A stretch of 64,000 bases of DNA from Rhodomicrobiaceae bacterium. Its GTDB lineage: Bacteria > Pseudomonadota > Alphaproteobacteria > Rhizobiales > Rhodomicrobiaceae. The stretch spans positions 5,435-69,434 of the forward strand of contig CBDFGZ010000028.1 in NCBI GenBank assembly GCA_965247345.1, in the 5' to 3' direction. Each line of letters begins with the position of its first letter. The first letter of the stretch is position 1. Below the pieces are notes generated by a model. The model worked only from the letters and a program-made list of their open reading frames with translations, was not told the origin of the DNA and made no database searches. Of this stretch, positions 1-9,767 are shown in pieces. A program made the position numbers and the translations under genes.

Positions 1-81
1 ACGCCCTGCCCGGCCTACCCAGCCGCCGCTACGCTGTTTCCCAGCGCCAGCGGCGTGGCATGTTTATAGAAAACCAGTCCA

Positions 82-142
82 CAAAAAATTCCAAGCTCCG
101 TCAGGAGCGACATCGAAACATGCCGCTCCTGACGGAGCTTGG
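82..142 (-). terminator. Rho-independent terminator candidate downstream of the GT2 gene
   Basis: Perfect 19-bp inverted repeat CCAAGCTCCGTCAGGAGCG (91-109) / CGCTCCTGACGGAGCTTGG (124-142) with a 14-nt loop. On the minus strand the stem is followed by AATTTTTTGT (reverse complement of 81-90). Confidence 0.55.
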
Positions 143-230
143 TTTGTTCGGCAATCGCGAAACTATAAATATGTCAGCCCTGACGGGCTTTCCTTGGCGT
201 CTTGGCGTTAAAAAATGTTCACGACCTCCC

Positions 231-965
231 TTACCGTCGTCCATCGTACCAAGCGTAACAAGCCGCGCGGTTGCGAAACGTCGCCTCCCGGTTCGTCGCC
301 ACGCGAAACAGGAAGCCTAGGTGTTCCCACGTGGAATAAAGCCGCACCTTGCGCGCGGATGTCAGCAACGGATGCCGGTGCAGAATCACGATCTCACGGC
401 CCGACGCCGACGCGAGTTCCTGCAAGCGTGCGGTCAGATCCAGCTCTTCGCCCACGAACATTTCGGGATTGAAGCCGCCAAGCTTGCGAAACGCCGCCGC
501 CTCGCAAAAGATAAACGATCCCGCCAGCCAGCGTCGTGTACGGCTCTTCCAATTCCAAACGCCGGTCACGAATTTCGCCAACGGATAATTTCCCTCCAAC
601 CGGATCGTGCTGCCGCCCGCCAGACATTTGCCAGATTGAATTTGATCCATGACATCGGCAACAAGTTCCGCGCTCGGATGTGAGTCCGCATCAATGAACA
701 GCAACCAATCGCCGGTTGCCGCCGACGCGCCGGTGTTTCGCGCCCGCGCGATCTGGTTCACCGGTTCGAACACCACCTTGACCCCGGCCGCCCGCGCTAT
801 CTCCGCTGTGCGATCCGTGGAGTTGTTGTCGCACACGATCAATTCGGAATCAAAGCCGCGCGGCGCAAAAACCGTCCGCGCCACGTTAATCTGCGTGAGA
901 GTTGACGCTAGCAATCGCTCTTCGTTGAAGGCCGGAATGATGACCGAAATTTTCACCACGCTCAA
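231..965 (-). CDS. Glycosyltransferase family 2
   Basis: 244-aa ORF with N-terminal GT-A signatures VIIPAFNEE, CDNNSTDRT and FIDADS (DxD-like). Lies in the phylogenetically foreign first segment. Confidence 0.8.
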   Translation of the reverse strand: MSVVKISVIIPAFNEERLLASTLTQINVARTVFAPRGFDSELIVCDNNSTDRTAEIARAAGVKVVFEPVNQIARARNTGASAATGDWLLFIDADSHPSAELVADVMDQIQSGKCLAGGSTIRLEGNYPLAKFVTGVWNWKSRTRRWLAGSFIFCEAAAFRKLGGFNPEMFVGEELDLTARLQELASASGREIVILHRHPLLTSARKVRLYSTWEHLGFLFRVATNREATFRNRAACYAWYDGRR

Positions 966-1148
966 ACTGGCCGAGCCGGGCGCTGGCGTCCATCGCTGAA
1001 TTTGGGTTAGGTCCGACTGGAAGCTGCCGACGGGTTACTTGCGTGAAGACCACTCAGAATGCGTGGCCCTCGCACATCAGAAGGCAGGCGTGCATGAATT
1101 TTACGCTCAAATTCGCATGGCATCGCCAGTGCTAAGAATTGGTAACGC

Positions 1149-1862
1149 ATGAAACCGCCACGACACCGCCGGCAACTTGTCGGATTCACCTTGATCGAAA
1201 TGCTGGTGGTCATTGCCATCATCGGGATTCTTGCCGCCCTGCTGCTGCCCGCCGTTAATTCTGCCAAGCTCCACGCCAAACGCATCGCCTGCGTCAACCA
1301 CCTCCGGCAAACCGGCCTGGGATTCCAGATGTTCGCCAACGATCACAACGGCAAGCTGCCAATGCAGGTTTCCAATCGAGACGGCGGCACGGCAGAACTG
1401 GTCAATGTGACCAATCAGGAAAGTGCCGATTTCACCTCGGCCTACCGCCATTTTCAGGCGCTGTCCAACGAATTAGTTACGCCCAAGGTCCTGCTCTGTG
1501 CCATGGACACGCGCGTGGCAGCGGAAAACTTCCCCTCGTTGCGGAACACGAACGCAAGCTACTTCGTGAATGTCCGCGCGGAGAACGGCAGATCAACAAC
1601 CATCCTTGCGGGCGACCGCAATCTCACCAATAACTCAGCCGGCGGACAGACCGTTTTACGGCTGGACGCCAACAGCTATCTGCGTTGGACGGCGGAGTTG
1701 CATCGGTTCAAGGGCAACCTTCTGTATGCGGACGGTCATGTGGAAGAATTGAACCGCCCGGCGATTATGGCCGCGAACGCCGTTGCTGCTCTGGCATTGC
1801 CGACGGACGAGCCACCTTCGCAGACGCGGCCCATCTCAAACAGCAGCTTGCCGAAGATATGA
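1149..1862 (+). CDS. Prepilin-type N-terminal cleavage/methylation domain protein, H-X9-DG (DUF1559-like) family
   Basis: N-terminus [24 protein letters not shown] is a type IV pilin-like methylation motif. C-terminal [14 protein letters not shown] matches H-X9-DG. The last ~15-30 codons probably read across a sequence junction, so the 3-prime end is unreliable. Confidence 0.75.
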   Translation: MKPPRHRRQLVGFTLIEMLVVIAIIGILAALLLPAVNSAKLHAKRIACVNHLRQTGLGFQMFANDHNGKLPMQVSNRDGGTAELVNVTNQESADFTSAYRHFQALSNELVTPKVLLCAMDTRVAAENFPSLRNTNASYFVNVRAENGRSTTILAGDRNLTNNSAGGQTVLRLDANSYLRWTAELHRFKGNLLYADGHVEELNRPAIMAANAVAALALPTDEPPSQTRPISNSSLPKI

Positions 1863-2581
1863 CGGCGCTAATCCAGCCGATCATGGCGGATTATTCCGCG
1901 CTGGTCGTGGTCGCGTCAACGACAGGGAAAAATTTCGCGCCTCGCGTCGCGGCGTTGCTCGATGTTGCGCAAATCTCCGAAGTGACAGCGGTGCATAGCC
2001 CGACGAAGTTCGAGCGTCCGATCTACGCGGGTAATGCCATGCAGACGGTGGAGGACACTCAGCCGAAGAAAGTGCTCACCATCCGCACTACAACTTTTGC
2101 CGCAACCGGCGAAGGCGGATCAGCACAAATTGTGAAACTCGATATACCTGCGGCAACGAACCTGACGCAGTTTGTGAGCGACGAACTTTCACAATCTGCC
2201 CGTCCTGAGCTGTCGTCGGCGCGTATCGTCATTTCAGGTGGGCGCGGCATGCAATCGGGCGACAATTTTCAGCTTCTGGAACGGATTGCCGACAAGCTTG
2301 GCGCGGCCGTGGGTGCGAGCCGGGCGGCGGTGGACGCTGGATTTGTCCCCAACGATTATCAGGTCGGGCAGACGGGCAAGGTGGTTGCGCCGGAGCTTTA
2401 CATCGCGGTGGGCATTTCCGGCGCGATCCAGCATCTGGCCGGCATGAAAGACGCCAAAGTGATCGTTGCCATCAACAAAGATGAAGAAGCACCGATTTTC
2501 CAGGTCGCGGATTATGGCCTGGTCGGTGATCTGTTTCAGATTTTGCCAGAACTTGAAGCTGCCCTCGACAAGCGGGCCTAA
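1814..2581 (+). pseudogene. etfA: Electron transfer flavoprotein alpha subunit, 5-prime-truncated fragment (C-terminal ~255 aa only)
   Basis: [18 protein letters not shown]...GKNFAPRVAALLDVAQISEV...SGGRGM...[68 protein letters not shown] is collinear with EtfA from about residue 60 to the end. The N-terminal domain start and etfB are absent. The upstream part of track ORF 1685-2581 has no EtfA similarity. Confidence 0.85.
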
Positions 2582-2610
2582 CGCTTAAATAATAAGGCCG
2601 GAGCCGGACT

Positions 2611-3555
2611 ATGGCGCAACTCGCCTCACAAACGTTTCGCGAAAACCCATTCCTCAATCGGAAGTCTGGCCGCGAACCGCCGACCATAAAAACCATCGGT
2701 GTGATCGGCGCCGGACAGATGGGCAACGGCATCGCCCATGTGATTTCACTCGGCGGCTATAATGTGCTGCTGCACGACATCAGCAAAGAGCGCGTCGAGG
2801 CCGGGCTTGCGACCATCAACGGCAATCTGACCCGTCAGGTCGCGCGCGGTAAAATCTCCGAAGAGGCCCGCGAAAGTGCCTTGTCGCGGATCCGGTATGC
2901 GGGTTCGTTGGAAGATCTGGGCGACTCGGACCTCGTGATCGAAGCGGCCACCGAGGACGAGGACGTAAAGCGCAAAATTCTTGTGGCGCTGTGTCCGAAT
3001 CTGAAGCCGTCGGCACTCGTTGGTTCGAACACGTCGTCGATCTCGATCACGCGTCTTGCAGCAGTAACCGACCGGCCAGAACAATTCATCGGCATTCATT
3101 TCATGAACCCGGTTCCGGTCATGGAACTGGTGGAAATGATCCGTGGCATTGCCACGGATGAGTCCACGTTCACGGCGGTGCGTAAATTCGTCGAGACGTT
3201 GAACAAGACCGTGACGGTGTCCGAGGATTTTCCGGCCTTCATCGTGAACCGCATTCTTTTGCCCATGATCAACGAGGCGGTTTACACGCTGTATGAAGGG
3301 GTGGGTTCCGTCGAAGCCATCGATCTTGCGATGCGGCTCGGCGCGCGCCATCCCATGGGGCCGCTTCAACTGGCCGACTTTATCGGTCTCGATACCTGCC
3401 TGTCGGTGATGCAGGTGCTCTACGAAGGCCTCGCCGATACGAAATACCGGCCCTGTCCGCTGCTCGTGAAATATGTAGAAGCGGGCTGGCTCGGTCGCAA
3501 AACCCAGCGCGGCTTTTACGATTACCGGGGCGAAACGCCGATCCCGACCCGATAG
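2611..3555 (+). CDS. hbd: 3-hydroxybutyryl-CoA / 3-hydroxyacyl-CoA dehydrogenase
   Basis: IGVIGAGQMGNGIAHV Rossmann motif and full-length HCDH-like sequence. GGAG lies 9 nt upstream of the ATG. The etfA-hbd order is typical of alphaproteobacteria. A ~25-aa N-terminal extension makes the start slightly uncertain. Confidence 0.9.
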   Translation: MAQLASQTFRENPFLNRKSGREPPTIKTIGVIGAGQMGNGIAHVISLGGYNVLLHDISKERVEAGLATINGNLTRQVARGKISEEARESALSRIRYAGSLEDLGDSDLVIEAATEDEDVKRKILVALCPNLKPSALVGSNTSSISITRLAAVTDRPEQFIGIHFMNPVPVMELVEMIRGIATDESTFTAVRKFVETLNKTVTVSEDFPAFIVNRILLPMINEAVYTLYEGVGSVEAIDLAMRLGARHPMGPLQLADFIGLDTCLSVMQVLYEGLADTKYRPCPLLVKYVEAGWLGRKTQRGFYDYRGETPIPTR

Positions 3556-3574
3556 CGTGTAAAGCGGCGTCGCT

Positions 3575-4477
3575 ATGAATGAGAAGCAGCTTTCCGCTGG
3601 CGTGCTGAACGTCGCGTACCGCGAATACGGCCCGGTCGATGGCTGGCCTTGTATACTGCTTCACGGCTTTCCTTACGATGTGCATGCATATGACGAGAGC
3701 AGCGCTTTACTTGCTGAGGCAGGCGCACGCGTCATCGTGCCCTATCTGCGCGGCTTTGGACCAACGCGGTTCCTAAGCCAGGATACAATCCGGTCCGGTG
3801 AACAGGCGGCGCTCGGCGCTGATCTGCTGGCATTGATGGATGCTTTGAAGATCGAGCGGTCAGTTCTTGGCGGATATGACTGGGGTGGGCGCGCGGCGTG
3901 TGTGGTGTCGGCGCTTTGGCCGGAACGGGTTGCGGCACTTGTCACGGGCAATTCCTACAACATTCAGGATATCGCTGCGTCATCCGAGCCGAAGCCCGCC
4001 CTCGAAGAAGCGGCGCTTTGGTATCAATATTACTTTCATTCCGAACGCGGCAGAAGGGGGCTTGAGCAAAATCGGCGAGAGATCGCGGAATTGCTTTGGC
4101 GCATGTGGTCGCCGGACTGGGCATTCACCGCTGAGACTTTCGCGCAAACAGCGCCCTCGTTCGATAACCCAGATTTCGTCGACGTGGTCATCCATTCCTA
4201 TCGCCACCGGTTCGGTCTTGTGCCAGGCGATCCCGCATATGCCGAAATCGAAACGAGGCTTGCGGCGCAACCGCACATAATCGTGCCGACAATCGCGATC
4301 GACGGTTCCAGCGACGGCGTAAACTCCGGGACAGCGCATCACGCTGGAAAATTCACTGGCGCTTACCAATATCACGTCTTTGAACGCGGTGGTCACAATC
4401 TCCCCCAAGAAAAACCACATGATTGGGCGCAAACGATACTGAATGCGCGGACTCTGGCTGGCACTGACCTGCAATAA
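3575..4477 (+). CDS. Alpha/beta hydrolase (epoxide hydrolase / haloalkane dehalogenase-like)
   Basis: LLHGFPYD oxyanion-type motif and GGYDWGG nucleophile elbow with Asp; 300 aa. Confidence 0.75.
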   Translation: MNEKQLSAGVLNVAYREYGPVDGWPCILLHGFPYDVHAYDESSALLAEAGARVIVPYLRGFGPTRFLSQDTIRSGEQAALGADLLALMDALKIERSVLGGYDWGGRAACVVSALWPERVAALVTGNSYNIQDIAASSEPKPALEEAALWYQYYFHSERGRRGLEQNRREIAELLWRMWSPDWAFTAETFAQTAPSFDNPDFVDVVIHSYRHRFGLVPGDPAYAEIETRLAAQPHIIVPTIAIDGSSDGVNSGTAHHAGKFTGAYQYHVFERGGHNLPQEKPHDWAQTILNARTLAGTDLQ

Positions 4478-4566
4478 ATGTCGCTTCCTTGGGCGTTAAG
4501 CGACATAAAAATGCATTCGAGCGGTAGCCAGCGGTCAATTGCATCTACGAGTTAAGGACAAACGAC

Positions 4567-5796
4567 ATGGCAAGCCACGATCAGGCTCAGCAGCCCGGCT
4601 GGAGCGACCGTCCGAACACAGCCGTCATCGTCCTCGCAAGCGGGCGCATCATTCGCGGATTTGGCGTCGGAGCCGTCGGCGAGGCCTGCGGGGAAGTCTG
4701 CTTCAACACGGCCATGTCGGGCTACGAGGAAATTCTGACCGACCCGTCCTATGCGGGTCAGATCGTCACGTTCACCTTCCCTCACATCGGGATCGTGGGC
4801 GCGAATCCGGACGATATCGAGACCACGAACCTTGTCTCCTCATCCGGTGTGCGTGGTTGCATTGTCCGGGCGGACGTGACATCGCCGTCTAACTACCGGT
4901 CGGAAAAATCTTTCGATAAATGGCTGGTCTCGCGTGGCATCATCGGCCTCAGCGGCATCGACACGCGCGCGCTGACGGTGTCGATCCGCGAAGGGGGGAT
5001 GCCGAACGCGATCATCGCCCACAACCCGGATGGCGTTTTCGATTTCGATGCGCTTTTAACACGCGCCCGGTCCTGGGAAGGGATCGACGGCACCGACCTG
5101 TGCAAGGGCGTGACGACCACGCAGAGTTACACATGGACGCAAGGGCTCTGGTCGCCGACCGGCGAGTTCAGGCCCGGACGCGAGCCAAGCTTTCATGTGG
5201 TGGCCATCGATTACGGCATGAAGCGCAATATTCTTAGGTGCCTGTCGGCGGCGGGGTGCCGTGTTACGGTTCTACCTGCCACGGCGACGGCGGACGACGT
5301 GATGAACCGTAAGCCGGACGGCATATTCCTGTCGAATGGTCCGGGCGATCCGGCAGCCACAGGCAAGTACGCGGTCCCCGTTATACGCGAGATCATGAAA
5401 ACCGGGACACCGCTGTTCGGCATCTGTCTTGGCCATCAACTGCTCGGGCTGGCGGCAGGCGGGCGAACGGTGAAAATGCCACACGGGCATCATGGGGCCA
5501 ACCATCCGGTGATGGACTATACGACGGGCAAAGTCGAGATCACGTCCATGAACCACGGTTTTGCCGTCGATCCGGCAAGCCTGCCCGACACCGTGGAACA
5601 GACCCATGTCTCGCTGTTCGATGGGAGCAATTGCGGCCTGCGCTTCAAGGGCAAGCCCGTGTTTTCAGTGCAGTATCATCCGGAAGCGTCGCCTGGACCG
5701 CAGGACAGTCATTACCTGTTCCGTCGGTTCGTAAACCTCATGAACGAGCGCGGGGGACGTGATCGCATCGAGGAAGGACTGAAATTAAGCGCTTGA
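4567..5796 (+). CDS. carA: Carbamoyl-phosphate synthase small (glutamine amidotransferase) subunit
   Basis: GEVCFNTAMSGYEEILTDPSYAGQIVTFTFPHIG, GICLGHQLL (catalytic Cys) and VQYHPEASPGP. Confidence 0.95.
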   Translation: MASHDQAQQPGWSDRPNTAVIVLASGRIIRGFGVGAVGEACGEVCFNTAMSGYEEILTDPSYAGQIVTFTFPHIGIVGANPDDIETTNLVSSSGVRGCIVRADVTSPSNYRSEKSFDKWLVSRGIIGLSGIDTRALTVSIREGGMPNAIIAHNPDGVFDFDALLTRARSWEGIDGTDLCKGVTTTQSYTWTQGLWSPTGEFRPGREPSFHVVAIDYGMKRNILRCLSAAGCRVTVLPATATADDVMNRKPDGIFLSNGPGDPAATGKYAVPVIREIMKTGTPLFGICLGHQLLGLAAGGRTVKMPHGHHGANHPVMDYTTGKVEITSMNHGFAVDPASLPDTVEQTHVSLFDGSNCGLRFKGKPVFSVQYHPEASPGPQDSHYLFRRFVNLMNERGGRDRIEEGLKLSA

Positions 5797-5864
5797 TCGA
5801 CTTCGGTCGCGTCTGTCAAGCTGAGTTTACAGTCACAGTGTCAAAAAAATTTTACACGCGACAC

Positions 5865-5881
5865 TTTGTAAGGCTTCTAAA
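5865..5881. promoter_or_regulatory. Irr/ICE-like palindromic box upstream of hemA (candidate)
   Basis: Reverse complement reads TTTAGAAGCCTTACAAA, which is 12/14 to the alphaproteobacterial iron control element TTTAGAA-N3-TTCTAAA. Lies ~110 bp upstream of the hemA ATG. Confidence 0.3.
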
Positions 5882-5990
5882 CTCTAGACTTTGCCGTTTC
5901 TTCGAGCGATGATCCGTCATCAGGCAGACCAACAGGCAGACACAAGACCTGGCACGGCCTCTGTCCCCGCGATGACAAGGACACCTCCCG

Positions 5991-7274
5991 ATGGACTATC
6001 AAGGCAAGTTTACCCAAGCGCTCGACTCCATAACAATCGAGGGCCGGTATCGTGTCTTTGCGGACATCTTAAGAGATCGCGGACAGTTTCCTCACGCTGT
6101 GCATTACACACCCGATGGCGAAAAGCCGATTACGGTCTGGTGTTCGAACGATTATCTGGCCATGGGGCAGCATCCAAAGGTTCTCGCGGCCATGCACGAG
6201 GCGGTTGACCGGGCGGGCGCAGGTTCCGGTGGCACACGTAATATCTCCGGTACGACCCATTATCACGTGGAGCTTGAGGCCGAACTCGCCGATCTGCATG
6301 GCAAAGAAGCAGCGCTGCTTTTCACCTCAGGCTATGTGTCCAACGAGGCCACGCTTTCGACTCTTGTGAAGCTGCTGAAAGGCGCGGTCATTTTTTCCGA
6401 CGAGAAAAACCACGCATCTATGATCGAGGGCGTGCGTCAGGGTGGCGGGCCGAAGCGCATCTGGCGGCATAACGATCTGGCGCATCTTGAAGGCCAGCTT
6501 CAGGAATACAGCGCCGATGTGCCAAAAATCATCGCGTTCGAGTCCGTTTATTCGATGGACGGTGACATCTCGCCCATCGGCGCGATCTGCGATCTGGCGA
6601 AAAAATACAATGCGCTGACCTATCTTGATGAAGTTCACGCGGTCGGCATGTACGGCCCGCGCGGGGCGGGCGTCGCCGAACGGGACGGCGTTATGCACAA
6701 GGTCGACATCATCGAGGCGACACTAGCCAAAGGCTTCGGCCTGATGGGGGGGTATATCGCGACGACAGCGGCGTGCGTGGACGCGATCCGGTCTTATGCG
6801 CCGGGCTTTATTTTCACCACATCGCTTGCCCCCGTTATCGTCGCGGGCGCGCTCGCGAGCGTGCGGCACTTGAAATCGAGCCAGACCGAGCGAGGCAGCC
6901 ATCAGGCACGGGCCGCCGTTCTGAAGGATCGCCTCATTGCTGCGAATATGCCCGTCATGCATTCGCCGAGCCACATTGTGCCCGTGATGGTGGGAGATCC
7001 CGTTCAGTGTAAAGAGTTGACGGACTCGCTGCTGAACCGTTTCGGTATCTACGTGCAGCCGATCAACTATCCGACCGTGCCACGGGGAACGGAACGTATA
7101 CGCCTGACGCCGGGGCCGATGCATTCCAATCAGGCCATGGACAAGCTTGTCATGGCGCTAGAAACCTTATGGGACGAAATGGGTTTGGCTCGCGGCGATG
7201 TCTGGTGCCAGAAGTGGCGTGGACGTATTGCAATTGCCGGGCAGATGGATCTGGTTGCCGCAGCGGGTGGCTAG
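5991..7274 (+). CDS. hemA: 5-aminolevulinate synthase (C4 pathway)
   Basis: RYRVFADI...[13 protein letters not shown]...GGTRNISGT...SMDGD...TLAKGFG (PLP lysine region). 427 aa, alpha-oxoamine synthase family with the ALAS-specific N-terminus. Confidence 0.95.
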   Translation: MDYQGKFTQALDSITIEGRYRVFADILRDRGQFPHAVHYTPDGEKPITVWCSNDYLAMGQHPKVLAAMHEAVDRAGAGSGGTRNISGTTHYHVELEAELADLHGKEAALLFTSGYVSNEATLSTLVKLLKGAVIFSDEKNHASMIEGVRQGGGPKRIWRHNDLAHLEGQLQEYSADVPKIIAFESVYSMDGDISPIGAICDLAKKYNALTYLDEVHAVGMYGPRGAGVAERDGVMHKVDIIEATLAKGFGLMGGYIATTAACVDAIRSYAPGFIFTTSLAPVIVAGALASVRHLKSSQTERGSHQARAAVLKDRLIAANMPVMHSPSHIVPVMVGDPVQCKELTDSLLNRFGIYVQPINYPTVPRGTERIRLTPGPMHSNQAMDKLVMALETLWDEMGLARGDVWCQKWRGRIAIAGQMDLVAAAGG

Positions 7275-7350
7275 AGCTTGCGTGTGATGGAACGTTAGTT
7301 GATTATTGCTGTTTGTTTCATTGCGCGATAATCAGACGAAAGAGGATCAT

Positions 7351-7833
7351 ATGCAGGACGCAACAGGCCCGGCCTTTGCAAAGCTCGTCTCCATGATCGA
7401 GGCGATGACGATCGGAATGCTGACCACCGAAGGCCATGATGGGTCGCTGCGGTCTCGCCCCATGGCGACACAGCGCATCGAAAACGATGTCATATACTTT
7501 TTCACACGCACAGACGCGCCGAAAGTCGATGAGATTCGCGACGACGCGAAGGTTAATGTCAGCTACGGCGATGTATCCAAGCAAACTTACGTATCGGTGT
7601 CTGGCAAAGCGACAACCGCCCGCGATCATGCGAAAATTCGTGAACTCTGGACAAAACATGCCGCACCCTGGTTTCCGGGCGGACCCAACGATCCCGCGCT
7701 CGCGCTGATGAAAATAGAGATTACGGCGGCAGAATACTGGGACGTGGACACGCGCGCGATGAAACGTCTCGACTACGATCATGCGTCCGGTGATTCCATT
7801 GCAAAAGCGACCGACCATAAAAAGCTGAAGTAA
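7351..7833 (+). CDS. Pyridoxamine 5-phosphate oxidase-like FMN-binding protein (general stress protein 26 family)
   Basis: MLTTEGHDGSLRSRPM...YFFTRTD...VSGKATT...WF pattern of the split-barrel GSP26 family. I prefer the ATG at 7351, preceded by AAGAGGA, over the track start at 7306. Confidence 0.7.
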   Translation: MQDATGPAFAKLVSMIEAMTIGMLTTEGHDGSLRSRPMATQRIENDVIYFFTRTDAPKVDEIRDDAKVNVSYGDVSKQTYVSVSGKATTARDHAKIRELWTKHAAPWFPGGPNDPALALMKIEITAAEYWDVDTRAMKRLDYDHASGDSIAKATDHKKLK

Positions 7834-7930
7834 ACGGCGGATTTGCCGTTAGTTCATCGGGTGTATTGCTCTCCCTTGACGCGTGTTCTATCTTGGCCTC
7901 AAACACCAAGGCTTTGATCTGGAGCATGCG

Positions 7931-9427
7931 ATGCGGCACATTGGACATTTCATAGGCGGTAAACGGGTTGAGGGCCGCTCCGGCCGCGTTACCGATCTTG
8001 TAGCGCCGCACACCGGAGAGCTTCAAGGTCATGTCGCGCTGGCAACCGCTGGGGAACTGTCCGAAGCCGTCGCAAACGCCAAAGGCGCACAACCCGGCTG
8101 GGCGGCACAAAATCCGCAGCGCCGCGCCCGCGTGATGATGCGCTTTCTCGAACTTATCGCCAAAGAAATGAAGCCGCTTGCGGAACTGCTGTCCATGGAG
8201 CACGGCAAGACGGTGGCGGACAGCATTGGCGACATTCAGCGCGGACTTGAGGTGGTCGAGTTCGCCATCGGCGCGCCGCATCTGCTGAAAGGTGAATTCA
8301 CAGACGGTGCCGGCCCCGGCATAGACATGTATTCCATGCGGCAGCCGCTCGGTGTCGTCGCTGGAATCACGCCGTTCAACTTTCCGGCGATGATTCCGTT
8401 GTGGAAGGCAGCTCCAGCACTCGTGTGCGGAAACGCCTTCATTCTGAAGCCTTCTGAGCGCGATCCGGGTGTCCCCATGCGTCTTGCTGAATTGTTTCTC
8501 GAAGCGGGCCTTCCCGCCGGTGTGTTCAACGTGGTCAACGGCGACAAGGAAGCCGTGGACGCGATCCTTACCCACTCGGATATTCAGGCTGTCGGCTTCG
8601 TGGGCTCCACGGCCATCGCCCACCACGTTTATTCTCTGGGAACGATGCACGGCAAGCGCGTTCAGGCGTTCGGCGGCGCAAAAAATCACATGATCATCAT
8701 GCCGGACGCGGACATGAACCAGGCGGCCGAAGCCCTGATCGGCGCCGGTTATGGCGCGGCGGGCGAGCGATGTATGGCGATATCGGTCGCGGTGCCCATC
8801 GGCGAGAACACGGCGGATGCGCTGATCGCGAAACTGATACCGCGCGTGGAAAGCCTGAAAGTCGCGCCCTATACGGACGAGAAGGCCGATTATGGTCCGC
8901 TGGTCACGAAAGGTGCGCTGCAGCGCGTGAAAGGTCTGGTGCAATCGGGCATTGACGAGGGCGCGAAGCTCGTGGTCGATGGCCGCAACTTCGTCATGCA
9001 GGGGTATGAAAATGGGTACTTCATGGGTGGTTGCCTCTTCGACCACGTGACACCTGAAATGCGCATCTACAAGGAAGAGATTTTCGGCCCGGTCCTGTCC
9101 GTGGTTCGCGCCAGGGACTACGAGGAAGGCCTCGCGCTCGCCAACAACCATGAATATGGCAATGGCGTTGCGATCTACACGCGCGATGGAGACACGGCCC
9201 GCGATTTTGCCTCGCGCGTCAACGTGGGCATGGTGGGCATCAACGTGCCGATCCCTGTTCCGCTCGCGTATCACACGTTCGGCGGCTGGAAAAAGTCGAT
9301 GTTCGGCGATCTGAACCAGCATGGCCCGGATAGCATCCGGTTTTATACGAAGACGAAAACCGTTACATCGCGCTGGCCCAGCGGTGTGAAGGACGGTGCG
9401 GAGTTTGTCATTCCCACCATGAAGTGA
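7931..9427 (+). CDS. mmsA: Methylmalonate-semialdehyde dehydrogenase (CoA-acylating)
   Basis: MRHIGHFIGGKRVEG start, FILKPSERDP, GERCMA (catalytic Cys) and PVPLAYHTFGGWKKSMFGD, typical of MmsA. GGAG precedes the ATG at 7931. Confidence 0.9.
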   Translation: MRHIGHFIGGKRVEGRSGRVTDLVAPHTGELQGHVALATAGELSEAVANAKGAQPGWAAQNPQRRARVMMRFLELIAKEMKPLAELLSMEHGKTVADSIGDIQRGLEVVEFAIGAPHLLKGEFTDGAGPGIDMYSMRQPLGVVAGITPFNFPAMIPLWKAAPALVCGNAFILKPSERDPGVPMRLAELFLEAGLPAGVFNVVNGDKEAVDAILTHSDIQAVGFVGSTAIAHHVYSLGTMHGKRVQAFGGAKNHMIIMPDADMNQAAEALIGAGYGAAGERCMAISVAVPIGENTADALIAKLIPRVESLKVAPYTDEKADYGPLVTKGALQRVKGLVQSGIDEGAKLVVDGRNFVMQGYENGYFMGGCLFDHVTPEMRIYKEEIFGPVLSVVRARDYEEGLALANNHEYGNGVAIYTRDGDTARDFASRVNVGMVGINVPIPVPLAYHTFGGWKKSMFGDLNQHGPDSIRFYTKTKTVTSRWPSGVKDGAEFVIPTMK

Positions 9428-9479
9428 GTTCGTCCACGGCGATACCTTCCGGCTCGCTGAAAGCGTTCGCTGCACTTCG

Positions 9480-9568
9480 GTCATGGCCGGGCTCGGCCCG
9501 GCTATCCAGCCTTTCGTATTGCGAGGGACGCGCGCTTCGCTCGATGGCCGGTCAAGCCCGGCGATGAC
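9480..9568. repeat. Intergenic inverted-repeat element, copy 1 (MITE/REP-like)
   Basis: Termini GTCATGGCCGGGC ... GCCCGGCGATGAC are 12/13 inverted. Shares the ATCCAG and GATGGCCGGTCAAGCCCGGC-ATGAC blocks with the copy at 39377-39464. Confidence 0.7.
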
Positions 9569-9767
9569 ACCGAATATCATATTTCCGTCGTCGTAGGACA
9601 AACTCAAGAAGGCAAGCTATCCCAAAGAGCTAGCTGCTAAACCGCGATCTCAACTCTCTGTCTAATTGTAACCACGATTGAAGTGCTGCATTTTCTCGCG
9701 ACCCGCGTGCCGAATCATGCCGGGGTTCCATCATACAAGAAACTAAGCCAACATACGGAGAAATTTC

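Noticed and set aside
1685-1813. N-terminal ~43 codons of track ORF 1685-2581
   Set aside because: It has no EtfA similarity and overlaps the pseudopilin ORF in another frame. It is read-through across the suspected junction and not a genuine N-terminus.
5797-5990. FNR/FixK box (TTGAT-N4-ATCAA) upstream of hemA
   Set aside because: Only a half-site-like TTGATCGAC is present next to the carA stop. There is no matching ATCAA half, so it is not supportable.
7721-9607. 628-aa ORF on the minus strand, the longest non-annotated ORF in the track
   Set aside because: It lies entirely antisense to the well-supported mmsA gene. It is Arg/His/Ala-rich with no recognisable domain, which is the typical high-GC shadow-ORF artefact.
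9608-9767. EcfG-type general-stress promoter (GGAAC-N16/17-CGTT) upstream of the His-rich gene
   Set aside because: I searched the 160-bp upstream region by eye. No GGAAC is present on the coding strand at a suitable distance.
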